Below, piece by piece: positions 1 through 10,519 of a stretch of DNA of 64,000 bases (position 1 is the stretch's first letter; each line of letters begins with the position of its first letter). Below the pieces are notes generated by a model, which worked only from the letters and a program-made list of their open reading frames with translations, was not told where the DNA came from and ran no database searches. The stretch comes from an uncultured Verrucomicrobiae bacterium (GTDB taxonomy: Bacteria > Verrucomicrobiota > Verrucomicrobiia > Chthoniobacterales > Terrimicrobiaceae): NCBI GenBank assembly GCA_963706955.1, contig CAVPOC010000011.1:1-64000 (forward strand), given 5' to 3'. A program made the translations under genes and the position numbers.

Positions 1-1282
1 ACCCAATGTGCGGATTCAAAGCAGTAACTAGCATGAGCGAATTCTTCACATATTCCGCGATTCGTTCCTTATCGGGTTCGATCCCCGCAGCACAGTGCTC
101 GTCGAAGGAACGAATGCCGTCGGCTAGCAAGCGAGCTGAATTGAGAAAATTAAAAATGATGACCGGCTTGAACACATTCAGCTCGAAGTTTCCCTGAGAG
201 GCGGCAATACCGATGGCGACATCGTTTCCCATCACTTGCACGGAGACCATGGTGAGCGATTCGCTTTGCGTCGGGTTCACCTTGCCCGGCATAATCGACG
301 ACCCCGGTTCATTTTCTGGAATTCGCAGCTCGCCGAGTCCGCAGCGTGGACCTGATGCGAGCCAGCGCACGTCATTGGCGATTTTCATGCAGGAAGCGGC
401 CAGGCTCTTGAGAGCCCCGCTCGCAAAGACGAACTCGTTATGAGCGGAGAGAGCGGTGAATTTATTCGGCGCCGCAACGAATGGAAGCCCGGTCAAGGAC
501 GCGATATGGGCGGCGGCGCGATCCCCAAATTCAGGGTGCGAGTTGAGTCCTGTCCCAACGGCAGTTCCCCCAATGGCCAGCGCATAGAGTCCCTTCAAAG
601 AGTCCTCGATTCGCGCGATATCGCCGTCGAGAAGGCTCACGTATCCGGAGAACTCCTGCCCAAGGGTGAGCGGAGTAGCGTCCTGCAGGTGAGTTCGTCC
701 TATCTTCACTATCGAGGCAAACTCATGCGCCTTGGCATCCAGGGTGTCTCGCAGGTTGCCAACGGCGGGCAGCAACATTTCCACGACTTGCGTGGCCGCG
801 GCGATATTCATCGCGGTCGGAAACGTGTCGTTGGATGACTGGGACATGTTGACGTCATCATTCGGATGGACCGGCTTCTTTGAACCCAAGGTTCCTCCGG
901 CAATTTCGATCGCGCGATTGGAGATGACTTCGTTCGCGTTCATGTTGCTCTGCGTTCCGCTGCCGGTCTGCCAGATGCGGAGAGGAAAATGCTCGTTCAA
1001 TTTCCCTGCGATCACCTCGTCAGCTGCCTGCACGATCAGTTTCGCCTTCTCCTCGGATAACTTGTTCAGGTCGCGGTTGGCGAGCGCGCAGGCTTTCTTG
1101 AGAATGCCGAGTGCGCGAATCAATTCGGGCGGCTTGACGTCCTCGCCGATGTCAAAATGAATGAGCGAGCGGGCGGTCTGCGCGCCCCAGTAGCGGTCAT
1201 GAGGAACATGAATCGGGCCCATCGTGTCAGTTTCGACCCGATGAGTCTCGGTGGAAGAGAGGGAAGTTGCTTGCGTACTCAC
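1..1282 (-). CDS. fumC: Class II fumarate hydratase, 3' end runs off the window
   Basis: Not in the ORF track; translated by hand from GTG 1282. Reads [20 protein letters not shown], has the signature [15 protein letters not shown] at ~272-316 and HIG at the window edge. Confidence 0.95.
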   Translation of the reverse strand, partial: MSTQATSLSSTETHRVETDTMGPIHVPHDRYWGAQTARSLIHFDIGEDVKPPELIRALGILKKACALANRDLNKLSEEKAKLIVQAADEVIAGKLNEHFPLRIWQTGSGTQSNMNANEVISNRAIEIAGGTLGSKKPVHPNDDVNMSQSSNDTFPTAMNIAAATQVVEMLLPAVGNLRDTLDAKAHEFASIVKIGRTHLQDATPLTLGQEFSGYVSLLDGDIARIEDSLKGLYALAIGGTAVGTGLNSHPEFGDRAAAHIASLTGLPFVAAPNKFTALSAHNEFVFASGALKSLAASCMKIANDVRWLASGPRCGLGELRIPENEPGSSIMPGKVNPTQSESLTMVSVQVMGNDVAIGIAASQGNFELNVFKPVIIFNFLNSARLLADGIRSFDEHCAAGIEPDKERIAEYVKNSLMLVTALNPHIG

Positions 1283-1443
1283 GATGAAAACCTATGCAGT
1301 CTCCAAGGAATTGAAAAGTTCCCTTCTGGCCTGGCCGCCGCGCGCCCTATGGCAGCAGACCACCGGACCGCAATCCACGCAACGACATCGGCGCGAACCG
1401 CGCGCTCGCGCCCGAGCCTCAAGGGAAACCTTCCAAGCAATAA

Positions 1444-3924
1444 TTAGGACAAACCAGCCGGTGTCGGCTCGGAGAGCGAAGACTGGCTGACAAAGGCCAG
1501 TTTTTCACCATCTCGCTTCACGTAAATATTCTCGTGGGTCTTGATATTTCCACGGAGGAGCTCTTCGGCCAGAGGATCTTCCAGGTGACGCTCCACCGCA
1601 CGCCGCATTGGACGCGCCCCGTAGAGCGGATCGTATCCCTTATCGATGAGGAATTCCTTCGCGGATTCCTCGAGGATCAGCAGAATATCCTTCGCCTTGA
1701 TGCGCTGAATTACCTTGGCGACTTCCAAATCGACGATCTGAATGAGATCAGGCTTGGTCAAGGTATGGAAGACGATCATATCATCGAGCCGATTCAGGAA
1801 CTCCGGCTTGAAGACGCGCTTGGTCTCTTCCATGATCTTGTCTCGCATGACGTCATAATTGTCGTCCAGTTTCGGCGCGCCAAAGCCGAGGGTGGTCTGT
1901 CGCCGGATCAAGTCAGCACCAACATTGGAAGTCATGATGATGATGGTATTGCGGAAATCGATCTTTCGGCCGAGCGAGTCAGTGATTTTGCCCTCTTCTA
2001 GAATTTGGAGCAGCAAATGCATGACATCGGGGTGCGCCTTTTCGATCTCGTCGAAAAGAACAACCGAATAGGGTCGTCTCCGCACCGCTTCCGAAAGCTG
2101 TCCGCCCTCTTCGTAGCCGACGTAGCCGGGAGGAGATCCGATAAGCCGCGACGCGGTGAACTTCTCCATGTATTCCGACATGTCGATCTGAATGAGCGCA
2201 TCAGCGTCGCCAAACATGAACTCGGCGAGCGTGCGCGCCAGGAAGGTCTTTCCAACGCCGGTCGGACCCAGGAAGACAAAGGAGCCAATCGGTCGACGAG
2301 GGTCCTTGAGATCGGCACGCGAGCGGCGGAGCGCCTTGCTGATAGCGACAACCGCTTCATCCTGACCAATCACCTTGCCCTTGAGTTCGCTCTCCATGGC
2401 GAGGAGCTTCTGCGTCTCCTGTTGCTCCATGCGCGAGAGCGGCACTCCGGTCCACTTGGAGACAACATGCATGATATCGTCTTCGGTGACGAGGACCTCC
2501 TTTTCCTCCTTGTTGATCCGCCACTCCGAAAGAATCGTGTCGAGGCGATCCTTGGCCTGTTTCTCACTGTCACGCAAGGCTGCCGCTTTCTCGAAATCTT
2601 GCGCCTTGATGGCAGCCTCCTTGTCGACGCGGATCTGCTCGATCTGCGCCTCGATATCCTTAACATTGGGCGGACGCGTCATCGCCGCGATGCGCGCGCG
2701 CGATCCCGCTTCGTCCATCACATCGATGGCCTTGTCAGGGAGAAAGCGACCCGTCAGATAGCGGTCGGAAAGTCGGGCCGCCGCATAAAGAGCCTCGTCG
2801 GTAATGCGCGCCTTGTGATGGGCTTCGTACTTCGGCCGAATTCCTTTGAGGATGAGAATGGTCTGATCGACACTCGGCGCCTCCACTTTCACCGTCTGAA
2901 AGCGACGCTCAAGTGCGGCGTCCTTCTCGATGTATTTGCGATACTCGTTGAGCGTAGTTGCGCCGATACATTGCAACTCTCCGCGAGAAAGTGCCGGCTT
3001 AATAATGTTGGATGCATCCATCGCGCCCTCAGCCGAACCCGCTCCAACAATGGTGTGAAGCTCGTCAATGAAGAGGATCACATTCTTGGTGCGACGAATT
3101 TCATCCATCACCGCCTTGATCCGTTCCTCAAATTGACCGCGGTATTTTGTGCCCGCAACCATCAAGGCCAAATCGAGCGTGATGACTTTCTTATCTCGCA
3201 AAATCTCCGGGACATCGCCCGCAACGATTTCCTGCGCCAACCCTTCAGCGATCGCCGTCTTGCCGACACCCGCCTCGCCAATCAGCACAGGATTGTTCTT
3301 GGTGCGGCGGCAGAGAATCTGAATCACACGCTCAATTTCGTCGGAGCGTCCGATTACCGGGTCCAGTTCATTCTTCTTCGCCAACTCAGTGAGATCACGC
3401 CCGAACGCGCGCAGGGCCGGAGTCTTCGAATCTTTCTTTCCCCCGGTCTCGGCCGGAACGCCCTCGCTCTCTTCCTGCGGGGCAAAGTTGGGATCGAGTT
3501 CCTTAAGAATTTCATTGCGGGTGCGCTCGATATCGATCTCCAGACTCTTGAGCACACGAGCGGCAACACCCTCGCCCTCGCGGAGCAAGCCTAAGAGAAT
3601 ATGCTCTGTCCCCACGTAAGAATGCTGCAAGGCTTTTGCTTCCTTCCCCGCCAGGGCGAGGACTTTCTTGACGCGCGGAGTGTAAGGAATGTTTCCGACC
3701 ATTTTGGTCTCCGGCCCGGAACCGACTTGCTTTTCGACTTCCATCCGGACTGTCTCCAAGTCGAGTCCCATTTTCTGAAGCACGTTGACAGCGACGCCTT
3801 GCCCAAGCTTGATCAACCCGAGAAGCAAGTGCTCGGTTCCAACATAGTTGTGATTGAACCGATCAGCTTCCTTGCGGGCAAGCGCGAGGACTTGCTGTGC
3901 GCGAGGTGTGAAGTTATTCATCAT
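1444..3924 (-). CDS. clpC: ATP-dependent Clp protease ATPase ClpC
   Basis: Two Clp-N repeats, Walker A motifs GEAGVGKT and GPTGVGKT, a UVR-like middle domain and GARPMRR. Confidence 0.96.
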   Translation of the reverse strand: MMNNFTPRAQQVLALARKEADRFNHNYVGTEHLLLGLIKLGQGVAVNVLQKMGLDLETVRMEVEKQVGSGPETKMVGNIPYTPRVKKVLALAGKEAKALQHSYVGTEHILLGLLREGEGVAARVLKSLEIDIERTRNEILKELDPNFAPQEESEGVPAETGGKKDSKTPALRAFGRDLTELAKKNELDPVIGRSDEIERVIQILCRRTKNNPVLIGEAGVGKTAIAEGLAQEIVAGDVPEILRDKKVITLDLALMVAGTKYRGQFEERIKAVMDEIRRTKNVILFIDELHTIVGAGSAEGAMDASNIIKPALSRGELQCIGATTLNEYRKYIEKDAALERRFQTVKVEAPSVDQTILILKGIRPKYEAHHKARITDEALYAAARLSDRYLTGRFLPDKAIDVMDEAGSRARIAAMTRPPNVKDIEAQIEQIRVDKEAAIKAQDFEKAAALRDSEKQAKDRLDTILSEWRINKEEKEVLVTEDDIMHVVSKWTGVPLSRMEQQETQKLLAMESELKGKVIGQDEAVVAISKALRRSRADLKDPRRPIGSFVFLGPTGVGKTFLARTLAEFMFGDADALIQIDMSEYMEKFTASRLIGSPPGYVGYEEGGQLSEAVRRRPYSVVLFDEIEKAHPDVMHLLLQILEEGKITDSLGRKIDFRNTIIIMTSNVGADLIRRQTTLGFGAPKLDDNYDVMRDKIMEETKRVFKPEFLNRLDDMIVFHTLTKPDLIQIVDLEVAKVIQRIKAKDILLILEESAKEFLIDKGYDPLYGARPMRRAVERHLEDPLAEELLRGNIKTHENIYVKRDGEKLAFVSQSSLSEPTPAGLS

Positions 3925-5029
3925 TTTCCTGAGGTCCCGAGGGTTTTATCGTAATCTTGCTCGTGTCCGGCTCGGGAACCGCCTTCAGTTTGGCGCGAAT
4001 CAAGGTGGCGCGCAAGGCATCCCTTTCCTCTGCTGACATTTTTTGTGTCTCGACACCGGTTTGCAGATGGGCCGGCTGAGTCTCGATGAAGAGTTCATCG
4101 ACCGGCAGGCGATGCGGTTCCGGAAAAAGACCAAGATCGACGCCCAGCTTGATGACCGAAAGTTGATTCAAAGCTTCCTTTGAACTGATCGAGTGGGCGT
4201 GCAAGAGGATTCCATAGCCACGCCCGATTTGATCAAGCAAGGCGATCGGTTTGCGTTGCAAGAGGAGCAGACGCGCATTTTGCTCATGCTCAATGATCGT
4301 CTCGATCACTTTTTTCAGCCGCTCGATGATCTCCTCCTCGGCCTCACCGAGAGTCACCTGGTTGGAAACCTGAAACAAGTTTCCGATTGCTTCCGTGCCC
4401 TCTCCATGCAGCCCGCGAACCGCAAGCCCAATCTTGTTCACGGAATTGATAATCTTGTTCATCTGGTCGCTCATGACAAGCCCAGGCAGGTGAAGCATTG
4501 CGGAAGCACGCATTCCCGTGCCGACGTTCGTTGGACAGGCCGTCAGGTAGCCGAGCTTGGAATGGAATGCGAATTCAAGCAAAGGCTCGAGCTCACTGTC
4601 TGCCTGGTTGATCATCGTGAAGACTTTTCCGAGCTGGAGACCGCCACAGATCGCTTGCATCCGCAGGTGATCCTCTTCGTTAATCATGAAACTCAAACTC
4701 TGCGCGGAATTCATGACCACGGCGCTGCCCACGCCCTTGGCGGCATGCTCCCGACTGATCAAGTGCCTTTCGACCAGCACCTGCTTCTCCAATGGCGTCA
4801 GCGCCTCCAAATTTTCGGCAAAAGCATCTTGCATCATTGAGAGCTGCATGACGGCTGCCTTGGCAGCCTTAAGCACCTCGATGCGTTCGGCCTTTTTGGC
4901 CCATCCCGGAAATGCCTTGCCTCTGAGATTACGGGCCAAGCGGACGCGGCTGGTGACGACAATCTGCCGGTGAGGACCATCGCCACCGAGCCACTCACCG
5001 GTCTTGGCGACAATCTTGGTGAACTTCAT
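3914..5029 (-). CDS. mcsB: Protein-arginine kinase McsB
   Basis: Guanido-kinase motifs SRVRLARN, NEEDHLR and LTACPTNVGTG; lies between mcsA and clpC. Confidence 0.93.
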   Translation of the reverse strand: MKFTKIVAKTGEWLGGDGPHRQIVVTSRVRLARNLRGKAFPGWAKKAERIEVLKAAKAAVMQLSMMQDAFAENLEALTPLEKQVLVERHLISREHAAKGVGSAVVMNSAQSLSFMINEEDHLRMQAICGGLQLGKVFTMINQADSELEPLLEFAFHSKLGYLTACPTNVGTGMRASAMLHLPGLVMSDQMNKIINSVNKIGLAVRGLHGEGTEAIGNLFQVSNQVTLGEAEEEIIERLKKVIETIIEHEQNARLLLLQRKPIALLDQIGRGYGILLHAHSISSKEALNQLSVIKLGVDLGLFPEPHRLPVDELFIETQPAHLQTGVETQKMSAEERDALRATLIRAKLKAVPEPDTSKITIKPSGPQENDE

Positions 5030-5517
5030 ATTCGCTGGCTGCCTTCTATCCGGCGGATCTGATCGCGCAGATCGGCGGCTTTCTCGTACTCCTCATCGGC
5101 GACGGCTCTTTCGAGACTGGTTTGCAGGTGTTTGATGCGGGCGTCCAGCTGCCGGTTTCGCAAGAGCGAGGCGGGCGTCTTGCCGACATGCTCGGATCCT
5201 TTGTGCATATTCTTAAGCATGGATTCAAGGCTGTCGCCAAAGACATCATAGCATGCGCTGCAACCAAGACGACCCGTCTTCTTAAAATCAGCTTGGGTGA
5301 ATCCGCAGACCGGGCAGGTGATTCCATTGGAGGAGCGCTCGATGTCCTGAGCGGCACCCATGCCCAGCAAAAGATCGGCAAGCGCGAAGCCAGTCGGATC
5401 GTTCACGCCCTTTTCCTTCGAGCACGCCTCGCAGAGATTTACCTTCTGCATTTTGCCGCCGACGATCTGCGTGAGAAAGACTGTCGCTTCCTTCTGCTGG
5501 CAAACATCACATTGCAT
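5026..5517 (-). CDS. mcsA: McsB activator McsA (ATG 5517 preferred; ORF extends to 5526)
   Basis: Four CxxC motifs (CDVC, CEAC, CPVC, CSAC) and a C-terminal UVR motif EEYEKAADLRDQI. Confidence 0.92.
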   Translation of the reverse strand: MQCDVCQQKEATVFLTQIVGGKMQKVNLCEACSKEKGVNDPTGFALADLLLGMGAAQDIERSSNGITCPVCGFTQADFKKTGRLGCSACYDVFGDSLESMLKNMHKGSEHVGKTPASLLRNRQLDARIKHLQTSLERAVADEEYEKAADLRDQIRRIEGSQRI

Positions 5518-5522
5518 ACCAC

Positions 5523-6392
5523 TCAATAAATCGCTGTCCCGGTGGTCTCTGTCAACTGGTGGAACCGCCGCATCAATTCACGCGTGATCGGTCCGGGAAC
5601 GCCGTCTCCAATTGTCCGATTGTCAAGGGTAACAACGGAGATAACTTCAGCCGCTGTTCCGGTGAGGAAGCACTCGTCAGCGGTGAAGATATCGTACCGG
5701 GTCATCGCCGGCTCGGTGATGCGAAAGCCGAGTTCCGCGGCGATTTCAAAGACGACCTGGCGTGTAATCCCGGCCAGCGCTCCGGAAGAGATTGGAGGCG
5801 TGAAGATCTCACCATGCTTAACGGTGAAAACATTGTCGCCCGTACACTCCGCGACGAAGCCCTGTTCGTTGAGCATTAGCCCCTCGCCAGCGCCTGCCTG
5901 CTGCGCCTCAATTTTGGCGAGAACATTGTTGAGGTAGTTGAGCGACTTGACCATCGGACTAAGCGCGCCATGCGGAATCCTCCGTGTCGAGCAGGTCACC
6001 ACGCTTAGGCCACTGCGATACATCTCCTCGGGATAGAGGGTAATCGCCGAAGCGATTATGAAGACCGTGGCGCGCGGGCATAGCGCCGGATTTAACCCGA
6101 GGTCACCGCTTCCCCGCGTGACTACCAGGCGCACGTAGCCATCGTGGAGCTCATTCTTGCGGATCGTTTCGAGGACCGCTTCGATCAAGCCGCTCTTTTC
6201 CAGCGGAATCTTGAGACAAATGGCCTTCGCGGAATCGGACAGACGATCGATGTGCTCCGCCAGGCGAAACACGCGACCGTGATAGAACCGGATGCCCTCG
6301 AAGACGCCGTCGCCATAGAGCAAACCATGATCGAAGACCGAAATCTTGGCTTCTTCCTTTCCATAGTATTCCCCGTCGACATAGATCTTCAT
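5523..6392 (-). CDS. ilvE: Branched-chain amino acid aminotransferase (PLP class IV)
   Basis: Motifs DHGLLYGDGVFEG, KSLNYLNN, LAGITR and ECFLTGTAAE. Confidence 0.93.
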   Translation of the reverse strand: MKIYVDGEYYGKEEAKISVFDHGLLYGDGVFEGIRFYHGRVFRLAEHIDRLSDSAKAICLKIPLEKSGLIEAVLETIRKNELHDGYVRLVVTRGSGDLGLNPALCPRATVFIIASAITLYPEEMYRSGLSVVTCSTRRIPHGALSPMVKSLNYLNNVLAKIEAQQAGAGEGLMLNEQGFVAECTGDNVFTVKHGEIFTPPISSGALAGITRQVVFEIAAELGFRITEPAMTRYDIFTADECFLTGTAAEVISVVTLDNRTIGDGVPGPITRELMRRFHQLTETTGTAIY

Positions 6393-6553
6393 TGCTGTCT
6401 CCGCAGTTCATGCAGAAAAACCCGTCCGTGCAAACTCAAACGTTTCCTCGGCTCGCCTGGGCGCGAGCAGGGCACTTTGAGCGACCGATTCTCAAGCGGA
6501 GAGGATCAGTCCTTGAGATCGAGATGAGACCGAAGTCGGAAGATGAAGAATCT

Positions 6554-7174
6554 TCAGCCGGCGATTTTTTTACCCCCAAGCGCCAGCACCGCGTCGCGCT
6601 GTTCAGGAGTTAGAAGTCGAAGCATCTCGGCACCTTGCGCCGTCCGCCGACTCCGCAAGAGCTGGAGGCGCGCCTGTTGACCGATTTTACCCTCCTCGAA
6701 CTTGCGATTGACCTTCCCGACGTAGACCAGACCTTTCTGCCGAATCGCTTCAATCCGTTGCTTCTGCTGATCAGTCAACTTTAGCTTTGCCTGCACAGCC
6801 GGTGAATACAGCAGAGTGGCACCAAGAAATTTGGCTTCGATCGCCGACAATTTCGCGCGCTGTGTGGGGTTAAGTATCGAGAGGGCACGCTGATTGAACT
6901 GTTCATTCAGTCGGAGAAGTTTCGCGTGCGCCACCGCTCGGTCTGGAGCTGTTTGCGGCAATGGATTCGTCAACTTGCGCGCGGCAGACCTGTATTCACC
7001 GCGAAGCGAATCCAGCAACGCACGCTGCAAAGAATCCAGTCTCAGTTCAGCGCGAACTCTTTCGACTCCGAGCAAAATCGGCAAAGAACCGAGATGGTCG
7101 ACCGGCGCCGTCGTTGCCCAAAGTGTCGGCGCGACAAAAGCGATGCCCAGCAGGGCAGCCAAATATTTGAACAC
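6554..7174 (-). CDS. Secreted helical protein with LTxxQ repeats (Spy/CpxP-like)
   Basis: GTG at 7174 directly after the tal stop, a signal-peptide-like N-terminus, and LNPTQ, LTDQQ and LTPEQ motifs. Confidence 0.6.
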   Translation of the reverse strand: MFKYLAALLGIAFVAPTLWATTAPVDHLGSLPILLGVERVRAELRLDSLQRALLDSLRGEYRSAARKLTNPLPQTAPDRAVAHAKLLRLNEQFNQRALSILNPTQRAKLSAIEAKFLGATLLYSPAVQAKLKLTDQQKQRIEAIRQKGLVYVGKVNRKFEEGKIGQQARLQLLRSRRTAQGAEMLRLLTPEQRDAVLALGGKKIAG

Positions 7175-7176
7175 GC

Positions 7177-8151
7177 TCAGAACGCTTTGGCAATCATCGC
7201 TTCGAGCCGAACGATATCCGCGGCAAAATTGCGAATGCCCTCCGCGAGCTTGTCCGTAGCCATGGCCTCCTCGTTCAGCATCCACCGGAATACCTTTTCC
7301 GTTACGTCGATACGCTCGACGTCCGCCGACTTCGCGGCTTCAGGACTCAGCTTGCGCGTTATCGAACCCTCGGCCTCCTGCAACTTGGCGAGCAAATCCG
7401 GACTGATGGTCAACAGGTCGCTCCCTGCCAGCTCGAGAATCTCGCCGACGTTACGGAAACTCGCACCCATGACTTGCGTCTTGTACCCGAACTTCTTGTA
7501 ATAGGTGTAGATCTTCTGCACAGACTGAACTCCGGGATCTTCCGCGCCAACGTATTCCTTGCCGGTAGCCTTCTTGTAGTAGTCGTAAATTCTGCCTACG
7601 AAAGGAGAAATGAGCGTCACCCCCGCATCGGCACAGGCGATGGCCTGCGCTAACGAAAACATGAGGGTCAAATTGCAGTGAATGCCCTCCTTCTCGCAGA
7701 CCTCGGCAGCGCGAGCGCCTTCCCACGTGGATGCGATTTTTATGAGAACACGCTTCCGATCGATCCCCACCTTTTCATAGAGTCCAATCAGGTATCTTGC
7801 CTTCTGCACAGTGGCTTCCGCATCGAAGGATAACCGTGCGTCCACCTCGGTGGAGACGCGTCCCGGAACGATATCAAGGATCTCCACTCCAAAGGCGATC
7901 AGCAGATCGTCAATGATCTTTTTGTGAAGCGAAGGACCGCTCAGGGAAGATCCGCGATTATCGGCGATGGCTTTGTCAAGGAGCGGCTTGTATTCAGGAA
8001 GCTGCACCGCCTTGAAGATCAAAGTCGGGTTTGTGGTCGCGTCCTGTGGCGCATACTTTCTAATGGATTCAAAATCCCCCGTGTCCGCGACGACCGTGGT
8101 AAATTGCTTAAGCTGATCCAGTTGGCTTGTGGCGGTAAGTGTAGCGGTCAT
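7177..8151 (-). CDS. tal: Transaldolase
   Basis: Motifs [25 protein letters not shown] and ISPFVGR. Confidence 0.96.
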   Translation of the reverse strand: MTATLTATSQLDQLKQFTTVVADTGDFESIRKYAPQDATTNPTLIFKAVQLPEYKPLLDKAIADNRGSSLSGPSLHKKIIDDLLIAFGVEILDIVPGRVSTEVDARLSFDAEATVQKARYLIGLYEKVGIDRKRVLIKIASTWEGARAAEVCEKEGIHCNLTLMFSLAQAIACADAGVTLISPFVGRIYDYYKKATGKEYVGAEDPGVQSVQKIYTYYKKFGYKTQVMGASFRNVGEILELAGSDLLTISPDLLAKLQEAEGSITRKLSPEAAKSADVERIDVTEKVFRWMLNEEAMATDKLAEGIRNFAADIVRLEAMIAKAF

Positions 8152-8275
8152 GGTTTTTTCGTGTAACCAAGTATTGCGTCTGCTCAAGTCAAAAGCAACA
8201 CTGAATTCGCGACGCTGAGCCTGGCATCTGAGTCAGGGTTGGGCGATCGGCGGCAGAGTGCACACCACCCCAGCA

Positions 8276-9316
8276 ATGAAGCGCATTCCTCGAAACCAGA
8301 TAAGTATGGGGCTATCTCGCGCAATTACCGGTTTCATAGTTTCTCTTCTTCTCGTTTGCTTGAGCAGCCGGACCTTTGGAGATCTCGAAGCAGCCGCTGG
8401 CTACTCCGCGCAACGAGGCGAGCGGGCCCTGCTCGTTTGGCAGAACGGTAGGCTCATCCTCGAGCGCTATAGCAGCGCTGAACCAAGCAATCGTGAGCAC
8501 ATTTTCAGCATCACCAAGAGCCTGTGCGCCCTGGGCGCATTTGCCGCCATGGGCAGGAGACTCTCGCCGCTTGACGAATCAGTAAGTCTTACCGTTACCG
8601 AGTGGCAAAACCATCCTCAAAAGCGCAGGATCACTGTGCGCGATCTTCTCAACCAGACATCTGGTCTGAGCCCAGGATACGAGGCGCTCTACGCGGCGAA
8701 CGTTCGTGACAAAAATCAAAGAGCTCTCAATCTTCCGCTGACAGCACCGCCCGGGGAGAAGTTCGCTTACGGACCTTCGCACTACGAAGTCTTAGAGTTC
8801 TTCCTGGCGCAGAAACTAGGAGAGTCTCCGCTTGCCTGGATGGAACGCGCGCTCTTTGGTCCGCTTGGCATTCGCCCTGGCGGTTGGCGACGTGACCGGC
8901 TCGGCAACCCCTATTTCTCCGCGGGAGCCCAGGTCTCCGCCCGCAACCTCCTTACTATCGGGCACCTTGTGCGACGCAAAGGCTGGCACTGGATCTTTCC
9001 TTTGGTCCCTTCCTCCGCGGTGCGTCAGGCATCTCTCGGGTCCGCGGCCAATCCGATCTATGGGCTCGGCTTTTGGCTGAACCGGCTGGCGACCGAGAAC
9101 ACTGCCGTGGAAATTGACGTCGAGGAAGCTATTTCCAGGCGTCCCGATTGGAAGCGCGCTTGTCTATCCCGAAGCGCGCCTGCTGACATGATTGCCATGG
9201 TCGGCTCTCGCGGTCAGCGGGTCTATGTGTCATCTTCGAGGAGACTTGTCATTGTTCGCCTTGGCACCAAGGCCGGCTTTCGCGACCCAGACTTTCTACG
9301 GCGATTTTTCCGCTAG
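8276..9316 (+). CDS. Beta-lactamase-family (class C-like) serine hydrolase; start uncertain (8258, 8276 or 8306)
   Basis: SxxK motif (SITK), LLNQTSG, PGEKFAY and an N-terminal signal. Confidence 0.85.
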   Translation: MKRIPRNQISMGLSRAITGFIVSLLLVCLSSRTFGDLEAAAGYSAQRGERALLVWQNGRLILERYSSAEPSNREHIFSITKSLCALGAFAAMGRRLSPLDESVSLTVTEWQNHPQKRRITVRDLLNQTSGLSPGYEALYAANVRDKNQRALNLPLTAPPGEKFAYGPSHYEVLEFFLAQKLGESPLAWMERALFGPLGIRPGGWRRDRLGNPYFSAGAQVSARNLLTIGHLVRRKGWHWIFPLVPSSAVRQASLGSAANPIYGLGFWLNRLATENTAVEIDVEEAISRRPDWKRACLSRSAPADMIAMVGSRGQRVYVSSSRRLVIVRLGTKAGFRDPDFLRRFFR

Positions 9317-9328
9317 CCTGGCGAATTC

Positions 9329-10519
9329 CTAGCGCTGGACAGGCACGCTTGCTGGTGCTTGCGCCTTTTGCTTTATTGCCAACATCAAGTTCGATTCCCC
9401 GACGCGCCACTTGTATCCGGTTCCAAAAGGCAGCGGTGCCGCGGCTCCGGATGTCGCAAAGGCTGATTGCAGGTCGCTTTGATAATACTTCGCGAAGATA
9501 TCCAATGTTCCTGAGTAGGTTCCGAACAACCAAAGTTGCCAGCGGCCATCTCGAAAGAACCGAAGCGGAATTCCTGAATCATCCTGCAGGACTGAAGTTG
9601 CGTAATTAAGTAGGAACGACCGAATGCGTGAAAAATACGCTTCGTGGAGCAGGTACGACGCGGCCTTGAGATAGACGTTTCCGGGGCCATGGCTGCCCGC
9701 CCATTGCAAAAGCGAACCGTTGGATTTCAAAAAGTCATCGGCCACGTTCGCTTGGACATACATCATGGTCTGCACGTCGCTGCGGCCTCGGCCGCGAAAT
9801 TCCACCCGGACCCCTGGCAGCTGCCCCTTCGACTGAACAGACCCACTGCCCAGCTCCTGGACCGCTCCTCCGCCGACCACTGCGATGTACCGCGTGGAGA
9901 CAATCTCACCACCAGTCATCGCGATAAACATGTATATCAACGGGAGCACTCCGCGAAACGCAGTGCGATCCAATTCGGCTTTCATGTCCCTGGTAATGAA
10001 ATGCCCAAAGGAGAGGATTACCTCCGCCGATCTCCTCAAATTTTCCAATCCAATGGCCACCTCCTCCGGTGGCAAAGCATTCGGAGGCATGATAGAGCCC
10101 ACCGACTCTAGTCCGCCAAGAATGTAGACCGGCGCATCGGGAAAAAGGGCGAGCGGACTGACCGCATCCGGCCCGCCAAAAAAATAATAGACCGGAACCC
10201 GCATCGGGATGCGTGGAGCCAGCTCCGCCGCGCTCCAGGCACGCATTTTTGAATAGTAATTGCGGTCGAAGCGCTGCGAAAGTTTGGCGAGCGCCGTCAC
10301 ATGCTGGCGATACCAGGAAGTCCTTTGCAAGGAAGAGAGCGGTGACGCGTCGGGCAAAGGCACGCCAGCCAGGAAATCGGCTACGTCGTTGCCGACCAGC
10401 ACTGGTAATGGCTGCGTGTAGCCGACGCCTGGCGAGGGCGCCGCTCGGCGGACTTCCTGGGCTTGCACACCCAAAGAGAGAGCAATAAAAGAAACCGCGA
10501 CGAGTGAGGAAACTCTCAT
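9329..10519 (-). CDS. Secreted conserved hypothetical protein
   Basis: 396-aa ORF with a signal peptide and motif-like blocks FGGPD, KAASYLLH, QDDSGIP and PFGTGY; ATGA overlap with the upstream permease. Confidence 0.75.
   Translation of the reverse strand: MRVSSLVAVSFIALSLGVQAQEVRRAAPSPGVGYTQPLPVLVGNDVADFLAGVPLPDASPLSSLQRTSWYRQHVTALAKLSQRFDRNYYSKMRAWSAAELAPRIPMRVPVYYFFGGPDAVSPLALFPDAPVYILGGLESVGSIMPPNALPPEEVAIGLENLRRSAEVILSFGHFITRDMKAELDRTAFRGVLPLIYMFIAMTGGEIVSTRYIAVVGGGAVQELGSGSVQSKGQLPGVRVEFRGRGRSDVQTMMYVQANVADDFLKSNGSLLQWAGSHGPGNVYLKAASYLLHEAYFSRIRSFLLNYATSVLQDDSGIPLRFFRDGRWQLWLFGTYSGTLDIFAKYYQSDLQSAFATSGAAAPLPFGTGYKWRVGESNLMLAIKQKAQAPASVPVQR

Noticed and set aside
6..1490. Series of + strand ORFs
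   Set aside because: They lie mostly antisense to fumC, which the ORF track missed because it runs off the window edge.
2005..3594. 529-aa + strand ORF, and similar long ORFs at 19919-20908, 31678-32742, 49795-50946 and 51821-52756
   Set aside because: These are antisense shadows of well-supported genes in GC-rich DNA, with no motifs of their own.
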